Notes: generated by a model not told the origin, from the letters alone. 64,000 nucleotides of DNA from an uncultured Gemmatimonadales bacterium (GCA_963783305.1 CAWAMW010000007.1:160001-224000), one strand, 5' to 3'. Shown: positions 38,511-47,516, counted from the stretch's first letter. Translations and numbers: made by a program.

Positions 38511-39430
38511 CCGACGGCCGCGGGCCTATCCGTAGGGTCGGCATCGTCGGGCAGACGCGGGGCCCCGACGTCGAGCGGGCCGCGCGAGCGCTGAGCCGGC
38601 TCGCCCGCGACCACGAGCTGGAGCTTTGCCCGGAACCGGGGCTCGAGGACCTGTTCGACGGGTCCTGCGACTTCGTCCCCGGCCGACTGGATCTGCTCAT
38701 CAGCCTGGGCGGCGATGGCACCCTGCTGCGCGGCGCCCGGCTCGTCGCCGCACACCACACGCCTGTTCTGGGCGTCAACCTCGGCCACCTGGGGTTCCTC
38801 ACGTCCGTTAGCCCGAACGAGCTGGAGACGGCCCTCGGCGCGGTGATGGCCGGCGACTACTGGCTGGAGACCCGTTTCACCCTGGAAGCGCGGGTCCTCC
38901 GCGCCGATGGGTCGGAGAGCGCACAGTACATGGCGCTGAACGATGCGGTCCTGCACAAGGGTGGTTTCGCGCGCGTCATCCGGCTCGCCGTCTTTGTGGG
39001 CGAGGATCGGGAGGAGGTGGGCGAATACACGGCGGACGGCATTATCCTGGCCACACCCACCGGGTCTACGGCCTACTCCCTCTCCGCGGGTGGGGCGATC
39101 GTCGCGCCCTCTATGGAGTGCATTCTCGCCACGCCCATCTCCCCTCACACACTGGCCGTGCGCCCGCTGGTGCTCCCGGCGGACACGCGCATCGAGGTGG
39201 AGATTCGGCAGCCGAGCACGGAGGTCGTGCTTACGGTGGACGGACAGGAGGGCGAGGCGCTCGTCAACCGTGATCGGCTGGTGGTGGAGCGGGGTGACGC
39301 GTCCGTCCCCCTGGTGCGGATGCCGGGGCAGAGCTTCTTCTCCACGCTGCGCCGCAAGCTCCACTGGGGCGTGGGATCCTCCGAGCGGTCCAGCCCGGGG
39401 ATGCTCGGAGACGGCCCGTCCGCGTCATGA
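38507..39430 (+). CDS. nadK: NAD(+) kinase
   Basis: GGDGT, GVNLGHLGFL, ALND, DG..ATPTGSTAYSLSAGG. Confidence 0.95.
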   Translation: MTDGRGPIRRVGIVGQTRGPDVERAARALSRLARDHELELCPEPGLEDLFDGSCDFVPGRLDLLISLGGDGTLLRGARLVAAHHTPVLGVNLGHLGFLTSVSPNELETALGAVMAGDYWLETRFTLEARVLRADGSESAQYMALNDAVLHKGGFARVIRLAVFVGEDREEVGEYTADGIILATPTGSTAYSLSAGGAIVAPSMECILATPISPHTLAVRPLVLPADTRIEVEIRQPSTEVVLTVDGQEGEALVNRDRLVVERGDASVPLVRMPGQSFFSTLRRKLHWGVGSSERSSPGMLGDGPSAS

Positions 39431-39460
39431 CCCCGGCGGAGTCGCCGACCCGTCCGGCTA

Positions 39461-39490
39461 TTGATCCCGCCCGGCCCGACTCCCTATCAT
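39461..39490 (+). promoter_or_regulatory. Putative sigma70 promoter giving leaderless recN mRNA
   Basis: TTGATC-18 nt-TATCAT; ATG 7 nt downstream; no SD. Confidence 0.55.
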
Positions 39491-39497
39491 CGCAGCC

Positions 39498-41159
39498 ATG
39501 TTGATCGAGCTCCGGATCGAGAACTTCGCGGTGATCGACCGTCTGCACATCCGCCTGAAGCCCGGGCTGAATGTCCTGACCGGCGAGACCGGGGCGGGAA
39601 AATCGATCATCGTGGGCGCCCTGTCTCTCCTCCTCGGGGAGCGGGCTTCCTCCGATGCGGTGCGGACCGGAGCATCACGAGCGGTCGTGGAGGGGGTTTT
39701 CGACGTGGAGGGGAGGGAGGACGTACTCGGGCTCCTCGCCGAGCAGGGGATCGCCGCGGAGGACGGGCTCCTGATCCTGCGCCGTGAGGTGGCCGCCGAA
39801 GGACGCAATCGCGCGTGGGTGAACGGCTCCGCCAGCACCGCTGGACTGGTGGGCGACCTGGGGACGGGGCTCGTGGATCTCCACGGTCAGCACGAGCACC
39901 AGGCGCTTCTCCGCGTGGACGCGCAGCGCGACATCCTCGACGCCTACGCCGACCACACTCACCTCGCCGCCGAGATGCTCGCCACTCACGCCGACCTCGC
40001 GGACGTCCGGCGCGGGCTCGAGGCGCTCGATGAGCGGCGGCGGGAGATCGAGCTGCGCTCCGACTTCCTCCGGTTCCAGCTCGAAGAAATCGACAAGGCG
40101 GAGATCGACCGGGACGAGGAGCAGGCGCTGGAGGAGGAGAGCCGTCGGCTGGAGCACGCCGAGGACCTGGCGCGCCTGTCGGAGGCCCTGCACCAGGGGC
40201 TCTACGAAAGCGAGACGGCGGTGGCGGAGGTCTTGGGAGCGCTGCGGAGACAGCTCGACGAGCTGATCCGCATTGACGCCTCGGAGGAGCCCGCACGTGA
40301 GCTGCTGGAGACGGCCTACTACAACGTCGAGGAGCTCGGCCGCCGGATGGGCGATTATGCCAGCCGGGTCGAGCACGACCCCGGGCGGCTGGACCACATC
40401 CAGCGCCGGCGGGACCTCCTCTACAGGCTCAAGGCGAAGTACGGCGGGACGCTCGAGGAAGTGCTGGAGACCGCCCGGGCCGCCCGGGATGAGCTCGAGA
40501 TCCTGGAGAGCTCCAGCCTCGAGCGGAAAGCGCTGGAGAAGCGGCGAGACGATGTCCTGCAGCGTGTGGCAGACGTAGCCGGCCGCCTGTCCACGGCCAG
40601 GGCAGACGCGGCCGAACGGCTCGCCCGGGAGGTACAGCAGGTGCTACCGCAGCTCGGGCTCGAAGGCGCTCGGTTCCACGTCGGCCTCGACCCCCTCGAC
40701 GAGCCCGGACCCCACGGCGCCGAGCGCGTGGAGTTCCTTGTCGCGGTCAACGTCGGGTTCGAGCCGCGGCCCCTGGCCCGCGTGGCCTCCGGCGGTGAGC
40801 TGTCCCGGATCATGCTCGCACTCAAGACCATCCTCGCCCGCGTCGATGCCGTCCCCACGCTGGTCTTCGATGAGATCGATGCCGGCATCGGAGGCCGCGT
40901 GGCCGTGCAGGTGGGCGCTGAGCTGCGGGGCGTTGCGGCCCACCACCAGGTCTTCGCCATCACGCACCTCCCGCAGATCGCCTGCCGCGCCGACCACCAC
41001 CTGCTGGTGCTGAAGGGCGAGACGGGCGGCATGACCCGCACTTCCCTGGAGGAGCTCGACGCCGAACAGCGGGTTCGGGAACTCGCTCGCATGCTCGGCG
41101 GGGACCCTGAGAGCGAGACCAGCCTGGATCATGCGCGGGAGCTGTTGCGGGCGGGGTAG
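39498..41159 (+). CDS. recN: DNA repair protein RecN
   Basis: TGETGAGKS, HGQH, ASGGELSR, FDEIDAGIGG, ITHLPQ. Confidence 0.97.
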   Translation: MLIELRIENFAVIDRLHIRLKPGLNVLTGETGAGKSIIVGALSLLLGERASSDAVRTGASRAVVEGVFDVEGREDVLGLLAEQGIAAEDGLLILRREVAAEGRNRAWVNGSASTAGLVGDLGTGLVDLHGQHEHQALLRVDAQRDILDAYADHTHLAAEMLATHADLADVRRGLEALDERRREIELRSDFLRFQLEEIDKAEIDRDEEQALEEESRRLEHAEDLARLSEALHQGLYESETAVAEVLGALRRQLDELIRIDASEEPARELLETAYYNVEELGRRMGDYASRVEHDPGRLDHIQRRRDLLYRLKAKYGGTLEEVLETARAARDELEILESSSLERKALEKRRDDVLQRVADVAGRLSTARADAAERLAREVQQVLPQLGLEGARFHVGLDPLDEPGPHGAERVEFLVAVNVGFEPRPLARVASGGELSRIMLALKTILARVDAVPTLVFDEIDAGIGGRVAVQVGAELRGVAAHHQVFAITHLPQIACRADHHLLVLKGETGGMTRTSLEELDAEQRVRELARMLGGDPESETSLDHARELLRAG

Positions 41160-41198
41160 GGGATGCATTTCCCCGGAGTCACGACCTCGCATCTCGGG

Positions 41199-41227
41199 TT
41201 GACTCCGGCGTCCCCCCCGGATACTTT
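41199..41227 (+). promoter_or_regulatory. sigma70 promoter of the RNA/tRNA-Gly/tRNA-Cys unit
   Basis: TTGACT-17 nt-TACTTT. Confidence 0.65.
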
Positions 41228-41232
41228 ACGAG

Positions 41233-41400
41233 GCCTGTTCGGGGTGAGCATTCTGATCCCGGCGGACGAGGCGGTGAGCCGACTGCACGCAGGAGTTGGG
41301 TGCGGTGGGACCATTTGAGTTCTCGCAACGCTTCGCGTCGCGAGACCTTGCTGCCTCTGGAGGCAGCAGGGAAGGACGGCGCTTACTGCGCCGAGCAGTA
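41233..41400 (+). ncRNA. Unassigned structured RNA / long tRNA leader
   Basis: Ends pair (CTGTTCGG/CCGAGCAG, GTGAGC/GCTTAC), enclosing several hairpins; no plausible ORF. Confidence 0.45.
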
Positions 41401-41404
41401 TTAT

Positions 41405-41477
41405 GCGGGACTAGCTCAGTTGGTAGAGCGTCACGTTGCCAACGTGAAGGTCGCCGGTTCGAGCCCGGTGTCCCGCT
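41405..41477 (+). tRNA. tRNA-Gly (GCC)
   Basis: Cloverleaf GCGGGAC...TCACG-TTGCCAA-CGTGA...GGTTCGAGCCC...GTCCCGC-T; no encoded CCA. Confidence 0.97.
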
Positions 41478-41514
41478 CTGGCGGCCCCGGTCGATCGGCC
41501 GGGGCCGTTTGTAC

Positions 41515-41586
<72 letters not shown>

Positions 41587-41600
41587 CTTGAAGTAACAGA

Positions 41601-41639
41601 GCCCTCGCTGTTCTCGGGGACGGGGGCCTTCTTTCTGTT
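41601..41639 (+). terminator. Putative terminator of the tRNA unit
   Basis: GCCCTCG...CGGGGGC stem followed by CTTCTTTCTGTT. Confidence 0.5.
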
Positions 41640-41807
41640 CCGCCGTGCAATCCTCAACACCACTTCGCGGAGCGTAGCCCCCACCGCCCGTTTCGCTGAT
41701 CCGTACCACCGGGGCCCCCGTCCGGCGGATGCCGGCGGTCTGGACACGTCGACCCGGCGGCGCCATCATGTCGGGCGGGCGGGATTCACATGTGGGCGGG
41801 AGGTCGT

Positions 41808-42029
41808 ATGACACGGGACGAGGGGGTGGCGGTACGGGTGGTGATCCTCGAGCTCGAGGGTGATGACTACCGCAACGTGTACGTGCGACTGCACGAGGAA
41901 GCCCGCGTCGTCGAGATCTTCACGATCAACGAATCCGACGGGCCCGGCGACCTGGTGGCCACGGCGCCGCTCGACAATACGCTCATTGAATGGACGGCGG
42001 GGACAGCGGCGCGGTATCCAAACCGGTAA
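41808..42029 (+). CDS. Small hypothetical protein (73 aa)
   Basis: GGGAGG SD before ATG, host-like codon use, beta-rich sequence, followed by a strong hairpin. Confidence 0.55.
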   Translation: MTRDEGVAVRVVILELEGDDYRNVYVRLHEEARVVEIFTINESDGPGDLVATAPLDNTLIEWTAGTAARYPNR

Positions 42030-42059
42030 GCTGAAGCCGGCTGCATATTCCGGACGCGA

Positions 42060-42093
42060 AGACGGGCCCCCGATCGGGATCGGGGGCCCGTCT
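42060..42093. terminator. Perfect 16-bp inverted repeat between convergent genes
   Basis: AGACGGGCCCCCGATC-GG-GATCGGGGGCCCGTCT. Confidence 0.7.
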
Positions 42094-42151
42094 GTCCGGG
42101 CGGGTTCTGTACGGGTCCTCTATCGCTCGGCGCCCCTCGGCAGGCGAGCGG

Positions 42152-42625
42152 TCAGGTGACCATCTGTGGGAGGGTTTTCAGCTCCACCACCTCCAGCACA
42201 CGCTCCCCCGCGGGCAACTGAACCACCACCACGTCCCCTTCCTTCGACCCCATCAGTCCCTTGGCCAGGGGCGAGGCCATGGAGATGTGGCCGGCGTCGA
42301 GATCCATGAAGTCGCCCGCCGTGATGGTGTACTCGTACTCCTCCTTCGAGCTCTTCTCGCGGACCTTCAGCCAGCTCCCGAACCCGGCGCGGTCGGCGGG
42401 GATGTTCGCGACATCGATGTTCGACAGCTCGCGGGCTCGACGCGTGAGGTGGTTGAGGCGCGCCTGGACGAACTGCTGGCGCTCCAGCGCGGACTTGTAG
42501 TCGGCGTTCTCGCGCAGGTCGCCCAACTCCACAGCGGCCTTGATCCGCTCGGGCAGCTCCACGTTCAGCTCATGCTGCAGCCGACCGACCTCTTCTTCCA
42601 GTTTCTCGATGATTTGGTCTAACAT
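42152..42625 (-). CDS. greA: Transcription elongation factor GreA family
   Basis: AVELGDLRENADY, ISMASPLAKGLMG, LPAG; ATG at 42625. Confidence 0.9.
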   Translation of the reverse strand: MLDQIIEKLEEEVGRLQHELNVELPERIKAAVELGDLRENADYKSALERQQFVQARLNHLTRRARELSNIDVANIPADRAGFGSWLKVREKSSKEEYEYTITAGDFMDLDAGHISMASPLAKGLMGSKEGDVVVVQLPAGERVLEVVELKTLPQMVT

Positions 42626-42672
42626 GGCGCCAACATAGCCGCGAGACCGTCCAGACGGAACCCTCGATCTCC

Positions 42673-42688
42673 GGGAATGCTTATTGCA
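42673..42688 (+). promoter_or_regulatory. Possible sigma54 (-24/-12) promoter
   Basis: GGGAATGCTTATTGCA, GG-N10-GC spacing with TTGCA. Confidence 0.4.
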
Positions 42689-42755
42689 CTCCGGTCGCCC
42701 CGAACGGGCCGTCCGGAAGCGGCCCGCGCCCATTACCACAAACAGGAGTCTGGAC

Positions 42756-43436
42756 GTGTTCTCGAACGGTCTTTCCGATTCGGCGCGCAAGCGCGTGGAG
42801 CTGGCAGTCGCGGTGTCGCAGGAGAAGCTCCTGTCAGATCACGTGGAACACGCCCTCGATCTGGTGGCCCTGGTCAATGACAACGTCACCTTCTCGGCCG
42901 CCCTCTCCATATATACGCGCCTCATGCGTCTGGACGAGGACGAGGCCCACAACGTGCGCACACGTGCGCTGGCCATACTCGGGAAGAAGGCGGACGAGGC
43001 TGGCACGCTACCGGACGCCGTTCGTGAGGAGGCGGACGAATCGTCGCCGAGCTCCGGCTCTTCTTCCGGGCGGTCGTGGTTCGGCGGCTTTACGCAGCGT
43101 CTGCGTGGCCGGGAGAACGAGGAGCTACGGCACCGCATCGAACTGATCGCGGCTCGCACGGAGGTTGCGCTAATCCACACGCATGTCGACAATGCACTCC
43201 ACTTCGTATCTTTCCTCCGCGAAGAGGAGGAGCTGGACGAGCAAAAGTCGGTGGAGCTGTACCTGGACGCGCTGGATGTCCGGGAGTCGATCGCCGAGGT
43301 GACGTATTACCTCGCGCTTGCCCGCATCGCCGACGAGGTCCTGCCGGAACACGGCTCGGGGCTGCCGGCCAAGCGTGAGCAGGCGAAAAGACCCGAACGC
43401 GAGGGTCCCGCAGGACGCGTCCAGGCCGTCGAGTAG
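42756..43436 (+). CDS. Hypothetical protein made of two tandem helical repeats
   Basis: AGGAG SD then GTG; R.R(V/I)EL..A.....L...HV..AL occurs twice. Confidence 0.75.
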   Translation: MFSNGLSDSARKRVELAVAVSQEKLLSDHVEHALDLVALVNDNVTFSAALSIYTRLMRLDEDEAHNVRTRALAILGKKADEAGTLPDAVREEADESSPSSGSSSGRSWFGGFTQRLRGRENEELRHRIELIAARTEVALIHTHVDNALHFVSFLREEEELDEQKSVELYLDALDVRESIAEVTYYLALARIADEVLPEHGSGLPAKREQAKRPEREGPAGRVQAVE

Positions 43437-43486
43437 GAGCGCGGGCCGACGCTGATAACCGCCGGTGTCCGGTTTTGCATGACGGT

Positions 43487-43502
43487 TGGCACCGTCGTTG
43501 CA
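43487..43502 (+). promoter_or_regulatory. sigma54 (-24/-12) promoter
   Basis: TGGCAC-CGTCG-TTGCA, exact consensus, about 140 nt upstream of the OM protein gene. Confidence 0.7.
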
Positions 43503-43638
43503 AGGGACACCTGCGGACATGGATTCGAGAGATCCACGAAGAGTGGTTCGGATCCTGCACAGTCCCCGGTCGACGTCCGAATGGTCGTCGCGCCACGAGT
43601 AGTCGACTTACTACGGAATCCTAAGAAGGAGACCACAC

Positions 43639-44964
43639 ATGATGAAACGAATTCTGTTGGCCGCGATGGCGGTAACAGTGAGCGGCATGTTCGGGGCGAC
43701 CCCCGCGGACGCTCAGGACTATCCGAATTACCGATTCGATATCGGGATCAATGGCGGATATTCCGGCTACACGGCCATGCTGGATGACGAGCACCTCGGT
43801 GATAATACGGAAGACGTCCGGTTCGAGTCCGGTTGGATCACGGGCCTGCAGATGACCGGCTGGTTCACGCCGCGCATCGGCCTGCGTGCCAATGGCCTCT
43901 TCACGGAGCGCCCGCTCAACCAGGGCGCGTTCTTCGACATGGGCGAAGAGTTCAACGTCGTAGAGGACGTCAACATCTGGGAGGGAACGGGCGACCTTCT
44001 GTTCCGCCTCGGGGCGAACGAGGCCCGTGCGCGGCCGTACCTCGCGCTGGGTGTGGGCGCGGTACACATCAACCCGGCGGGTGGCTCGGATCTGGGCACC
44101 AGCGGGGGTGATGACCTGAACGGCTGGGTTTTCACGACGGATAACGGTTCCACGTTCGCGCTCACGACGGAAACGAAGCTGATGGGTCTGGTGGGACTCG
44201 GCACGGACATGCGGGTCGCACGGAACCTCGGTCTGCGACTCGAGGTGGGCGACAGGATCTGGGACGCGCCGACGCACGACTGGCCGCTCCCGACGAATGC
44301 GGATGAAGACGTGGGCAACGTAGTGCATCAGCCGTACGCACAGTTGGGCCTGCACATGCTGTTCGGTCTGGAAGCGCCGGAGCCCGTGGTCGTGGCGCCT
44401 GCGCCGCCGCCGCCAGCGCCAGCGCCTGAGCCGGAGCCGGAGCCGGTCGAGGAGCGGATCCGGGTCTGCGTGGTCGATCCGAGCGCTGCTACGGGTCTGA
44501 CGACGATGGACGCGATCTACCTGCCGGAGACGCAGGACACGATGGTCGTGATCAACGGCACGCGTCGTCCCTTCGCAACGGCCGTCCCGGCCAACGTGAT
44601 GGTGGCCAACGAGACGGACTGGTTCGTCCGCGGTGAGCCGGTGACGGTGAACATGGGCCGGAACGCGACGATCGAGTACACCACGTGGCAGTCGGCCCGG
44701 ATGATCGAGGCCAACCAGCTGGTCATGCTGGGGACCTCGCGCGGTCTGCCGATCTACGCCAGCGTCGATGACATTCGGGACTTCCGCACGGACTGGGAGG
44801 CTGCCCGCACGGCCGCTGGGAGCAACGACCTGGACGCGATCGTGGCGCAGAACGCCGCGCTGGCCGCAGAGCTCGAGGACACCGAGTTCCTGTACGTGCC
44901 GCTCCGCACGACGGGGTGCGTGTTCCAGACGGTTCGCGTGGTCGAGCAGGTCCGCAAGAAGTAG
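43639..44964 (+). CDS. Outer-membrane beta-barrel protein with Pro-rich linker and unknown C-terminal domain
   Basis: Signal peptide (ADA-Q), amphipathic strands (RPYLALGVGAV, LGLRLEVGD), APAPPPPAPAPEPEPEP linker; SD AAGGAG. Confidence 0.75.
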   Translation: MMKRILLAAMAVTVSGMFGATPADAQDYPNYRFDIGINGGYSGYTAMLDDEHLGDNTEDVRFESGWITGLQMTGWFTPRIGLRANGLFTERPLNQGAFFDMGEEFNVVEDVNIWEGTGDLLFRLGANEARARPYLALGVGAVHINPAGGSDLGTSGGDDLNGWVFTTDNGSTFALTTETKLMGLVGLGTDMRVARNLGLRLEVGDRIWDAPTHDWPLPTNADEDVGNVVHQPYAQLGLHMLFGLEAPEPVVVAPAPPPPAPAPEPEPEPVEERIRVCVVDPSAATGLTTMDAIYLPETQDTMVVINGTRRPFATAVPANVMVANETDWFVRGEPVTVNMGRNATIEYTTWQSARMIEANQLVMLGTSRGLPIYASVDDIRDFRTDWEAARTAAGSNDLDAIVAQNAALAAELEDTEFLYVPLRTTGCVFQTVRVVEQVRKK

Positions 44965-44989
44965 GACCTGACCACCCGCTGAACGGGAG

Positions 44990-45023
44990 AGCGCCCGGCC
45001 TTCTGGCCGGGCGCTTTCTTTTT
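44990..45023 (+). terminator. Intrinsic terminator
   Basis: AGCGCCCGGCC-TTCT-GGCCGGGCGCT followed by TTCTTTTT. Confidence 0.85.
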
Positions 45024-45050
45024 GCGCCCGTTTCCGGCCCGCGCTACATT
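45022..45050 (+). promoter_or_regulatory. sigma70 promoter of fba-rpiA-rpe
   Basis: TTGCGC-17 nt-TACATT. Confidence 0.55.
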
Positions 45051-45087
45051 GCACGCCCCGAAAATCCGCTCGATACCGGAGGGAAAT

Positions 45088-46014
45088 ATGAGCCCGAGCA
45101 CCACGCCTTCGCAGAAGACCGCCGCGCGTCCCGTCCTGGACGACCTGGACCTGCCGGCCGGAAAGCGGGTCCGACTCCACCGGATGCTCTATGAGCACGG
45201 TGTGGGGAACGGCACGCTGCTGATCCTGCCGATCGACCAGGGAATCGAGCACGGACCGATCGATTTCCTGCCGAACCCCGCGTCCGCCGACCCCGAGTAC
45301 CAGTGGCGGCTGGCCGTGGAGGGCGGTTACAACGCCATTGCCTGCCACTGGGGGATGGCCCGTCGCTACATGAAGAAGTACGCGGGCAAGGTTCCGCTCG
45401 TGCTCAAGATCAACGGCAAGACGACCATCCCGAATGACGATGACGCCCTCTCCTCGCCCACGGCGACGGTGGCGGACGCCGTCTCCCTCGGCGCGGACGC
45501 GGTGGGGTACACGCTCTACGTCGGATCGCCGAGCCAGGACGAAGACTTCCACCGCCTGATGGAGGTACGTGACGATTGCGAGCGGTGGGGGATGCCGCTG
45601 ATCGTATGGGCCTACCCGCGTGGCGCGGCCATCGAGAAGAAGGGCGGCCGCGATTCGCTGTACGCGGTGGACTACGCCAGCCGGCTCGCGCACGAGTTCG
45701 GGGCGGACATCATCAAGCTGAATGTCCCGAAGAAGGGCGAGAAGGACGGGGACATGCCGAAGAAGTACCAGGAGCTGGACTGGGACTATCAGGAGGGTGC
45801 GCGGCGCGTGATCCGGACCGCGGGGAACTCCATGGTGCTCTTCAGCGGCGGGAGCAAGGTGAGTGACGATGACCTGATGCAGAAGGCGAAGACGGTGATG
45901 GAGAACGGCGCGACGGGTCTGATCTTCGGGCGGAACATGTGGCAGCGGCCGTACGATGAGGCGCTGCAGATGACCGCACGCATCAAGGAGCTCCTGCAGC
46001 AGTTCCCGGCCTGA
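45088..46014 (+). CDS. Class I (DhnA/FbaB-type) fructose-bisphosphate aldolase
   Basis: LPIDQGIEHGP, AVGYTLYVGS, WAYPRG, GADIIK (Schiff-base Lys), FSGG, GLIFGRN. Confidence 0.9.
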   Translation: MSPSTTPSQKTAARPVLDDLDLPAGKRVRLHRMLYEHGVGNGTLLILPIDQGIEHGPIDFLPNPASADPEYQWRLAVEGGYNAIACHWGMARRYMKKYAGKVPLVLKINGKTTIPNDDDALSSPTATVADAVSLGADAVGYTLYVGSPSQDEDFHRLMEVRDDCERWGMPLIVWAYPRGAAIEKKGGRDSLYAVDYASRLAHEFGADIIKLNVPKKGEKDGDMPKKYQELDWDYQEGARRVIRTAGNSMVLFSGGSKVSDDDLMQKAKTVMENGATGLIFGRNMWQRPYDEALQMTARIKELLQQFPA

Positions 46015-46019
46015 GCGCG

Positions 46020-46721
46020 GTGAGTCAGGATGAGTTGAAGCGAAAGGCCGCGGAGCGGGCGGTGGAGCTGGTGGAGCCCGGCATGAAGCTGGGGCTGGGC
46101 ACCGGCTCCACCGCCCGGCACGTACTCGAGGGACTGGCGCGTCGGCGCGAGAGTGGCGAGCTGGACGGGATCGTGGGCGTCCCCACGTCGTCGGATACGC
46201 GCGACTACGCGCGCCAGCTCGGCATTCCGCTGGCGACTCTGGACGAGGAGCCGCACCTCGACCTCACACTGGATGGCGCCGATGAAGTGGACCCGCGGCT
46301 GGACCTGATCAAGGGGCTGGGCGGTGCGCTCCTGTGGGAGAAGATTGTCGCCGCGGCGACGGACCGGCTCGTGATCGTGGTGGACGAGAGCAAGCAGGTG
46401 GAGCGGCTCGGGACCCGCTCACCTCTGCCCGTCGAGGTCATCCCGTTCGGCTGGCGCACGCTCCTGGACCCGCTTCGGGCCATGGCTGTGGAGCTCTCGC
46501 TGCGCGAGACGGCCGACGGGGAGCCGTTCGTCACGGATGGGGGGCACTACATCCTGGACTGCGAGTTTCCCGGCGGGATCGGCGACCCCGAGGGGGTGGA
46601 GGCGCGCCTGCGCTCTATGCCGGCGGTGGTGGAGAGCGGGCTCTTTCTCGGCATGGCCGAGACCGTGGTGATCGCGGGAGCGGCGGGAACGCGCGTGGTG
46701 CGACGCGGGGAGCGGTCATGA
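46020..46721 (+). CDS. rpiA: Ribose-5-phosphate isomerase A
   Basis: GLGTGST, DGADE, IKGLGGALLWEK, VVESGLF. Confidence 0.95.
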   Translation: MSQDELKRKAAERAVELVEPGMKLGLGTGSTARHVLEGLARRRESGELDGIVGVPTSSDTRDYARQLGIPLATLDEEPHLDLTLDGADEVDPRLDLIKGLGGALLWEKIVAAATDRLVIVVDESKQVERLGTRSPLPVEVIPFGWRTLLDPLRAMAVELSLRETADGEPFVTDGGHYILDCEFPGGIGDPEGVEARLRSMPAVVESGLFLGMAETVVIAGAAGTRVVRRGERS

Positions 46722-47395
46722 GCGTAAAGATCGCCCCCTCGATCCTGTCGGCTGACTTCGCCCGGCTCGCCGAAGGGGTGACCGAGGCCGAGGCCGGGGG
46801 GGCCGACTGGATCCACGTCGACGTGATGGACGGCCATTTCGTGCCGAACATCACCATCGGGATTCCCGTGGTGGCGGCGCTGCGGAAGGTGACGCGACTG
46901 CCGCTGGATGTCCACCTCATGATCGAGAAGCCGGAGCGCTACATCGACGCGTTCGCCGACGCCGGCGCCGACTGGCTCACGGTGCACCAGGAGGCCACGG
47001 TGCACCTGCACCGAACCCTCCAGGCGATCCGGGCCCGCGACGTGAAAGCGGGCGTTTCGCTCAACCCGGCCACACCGGTCTCCATGATCGAGGAGGTGGC
47101 CTCCGATCTGGACATGGTCCTCGTCATGAGCGTGAATCCGGGCTTCGGGGGGCAGCGCTTCATCCCCGGCAGCACGTCCAAGGTGGCCCGGGTGCGGGCG
47201 ATCCTCGACCGCGCCGACAACGGCGCCGCCGAGATCCAGGTGGACGGCGGGATCGGGCCGGAAACCGTGCGGGGTGTGGTCGCGGCCGGCGCCACGGTGG
47301 TGGTGGCGGGGGCGGCGGTCTTCCGGGGTGCCGGGTCGGTGGCGGAGAACATCGCGTCGATCCGGAACGCGGCGGGCCTGGGAACGGGTCTCTGA
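46718..47395 (+). CDS. rpe: Ribulose-phosphate 3-epimerase
   Basis: IAPSILSADF, HVDVMDGHFVPN, MSVNPGFGGQ, VDGG. Confidence 0.96.
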   Translation: MSVKIAPSILSADFARLAEGVTEAEAGGADWIHVDVMDGHFVPNITIGIPVVAALRKVTRLPLDVHLMIEKPERYIDAFADAGADWLTVHQEATVHLHRTLQAIRARDVKAGVSLNPATPVSMIEEVASDLDMVLVMSVNPGFGGQRFIPGSTSKVARVRAILDRADNGAAEIQVDGGIGPETVRGVVAAGATVVVAGAAVFRGAGSVAENIASIRNAAGLGTGL

Positions 47396-47429
47396 CAACG
47401 CGGTTCTTCGGGAATGTTCAAGGGGGGGC

Positions 47430-47512
47430 GCCGGGGTGGCGGAACGGTAGACGCAGTCGACTTAAAATCGACCGGCCGAAAGGCCATGTGGGTTCGAGAC
47501 CCACCCCCGGCA
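47430..47512 (+). tRNA. tRNA-Leu (TAA)
   Basis: GCCGGGG...GTCGA-CTTAAAA-TCGAC, variable arm GGCC-GAAA-GGCC, GTGGG-TTCGAGA-CCCAC, CCCCGGC-A; no encoded CCA. Confidence 0.96.
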
Positions 47513-47516
47513 TGTG

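Noticed and set aside
41233..41400. FMN/TPP riboswitch or SRP RNA
   Set aside because: Only superficial word matches. The conserved cores are missing, and the downstream gene is a tRNA.
41587..42150. Integrative element at tRNA-Cys (or at tRNA-Leu, 47512)
   Set aside because: No integrase, no duplicated tRNA 3' end and no compositional shift seen.
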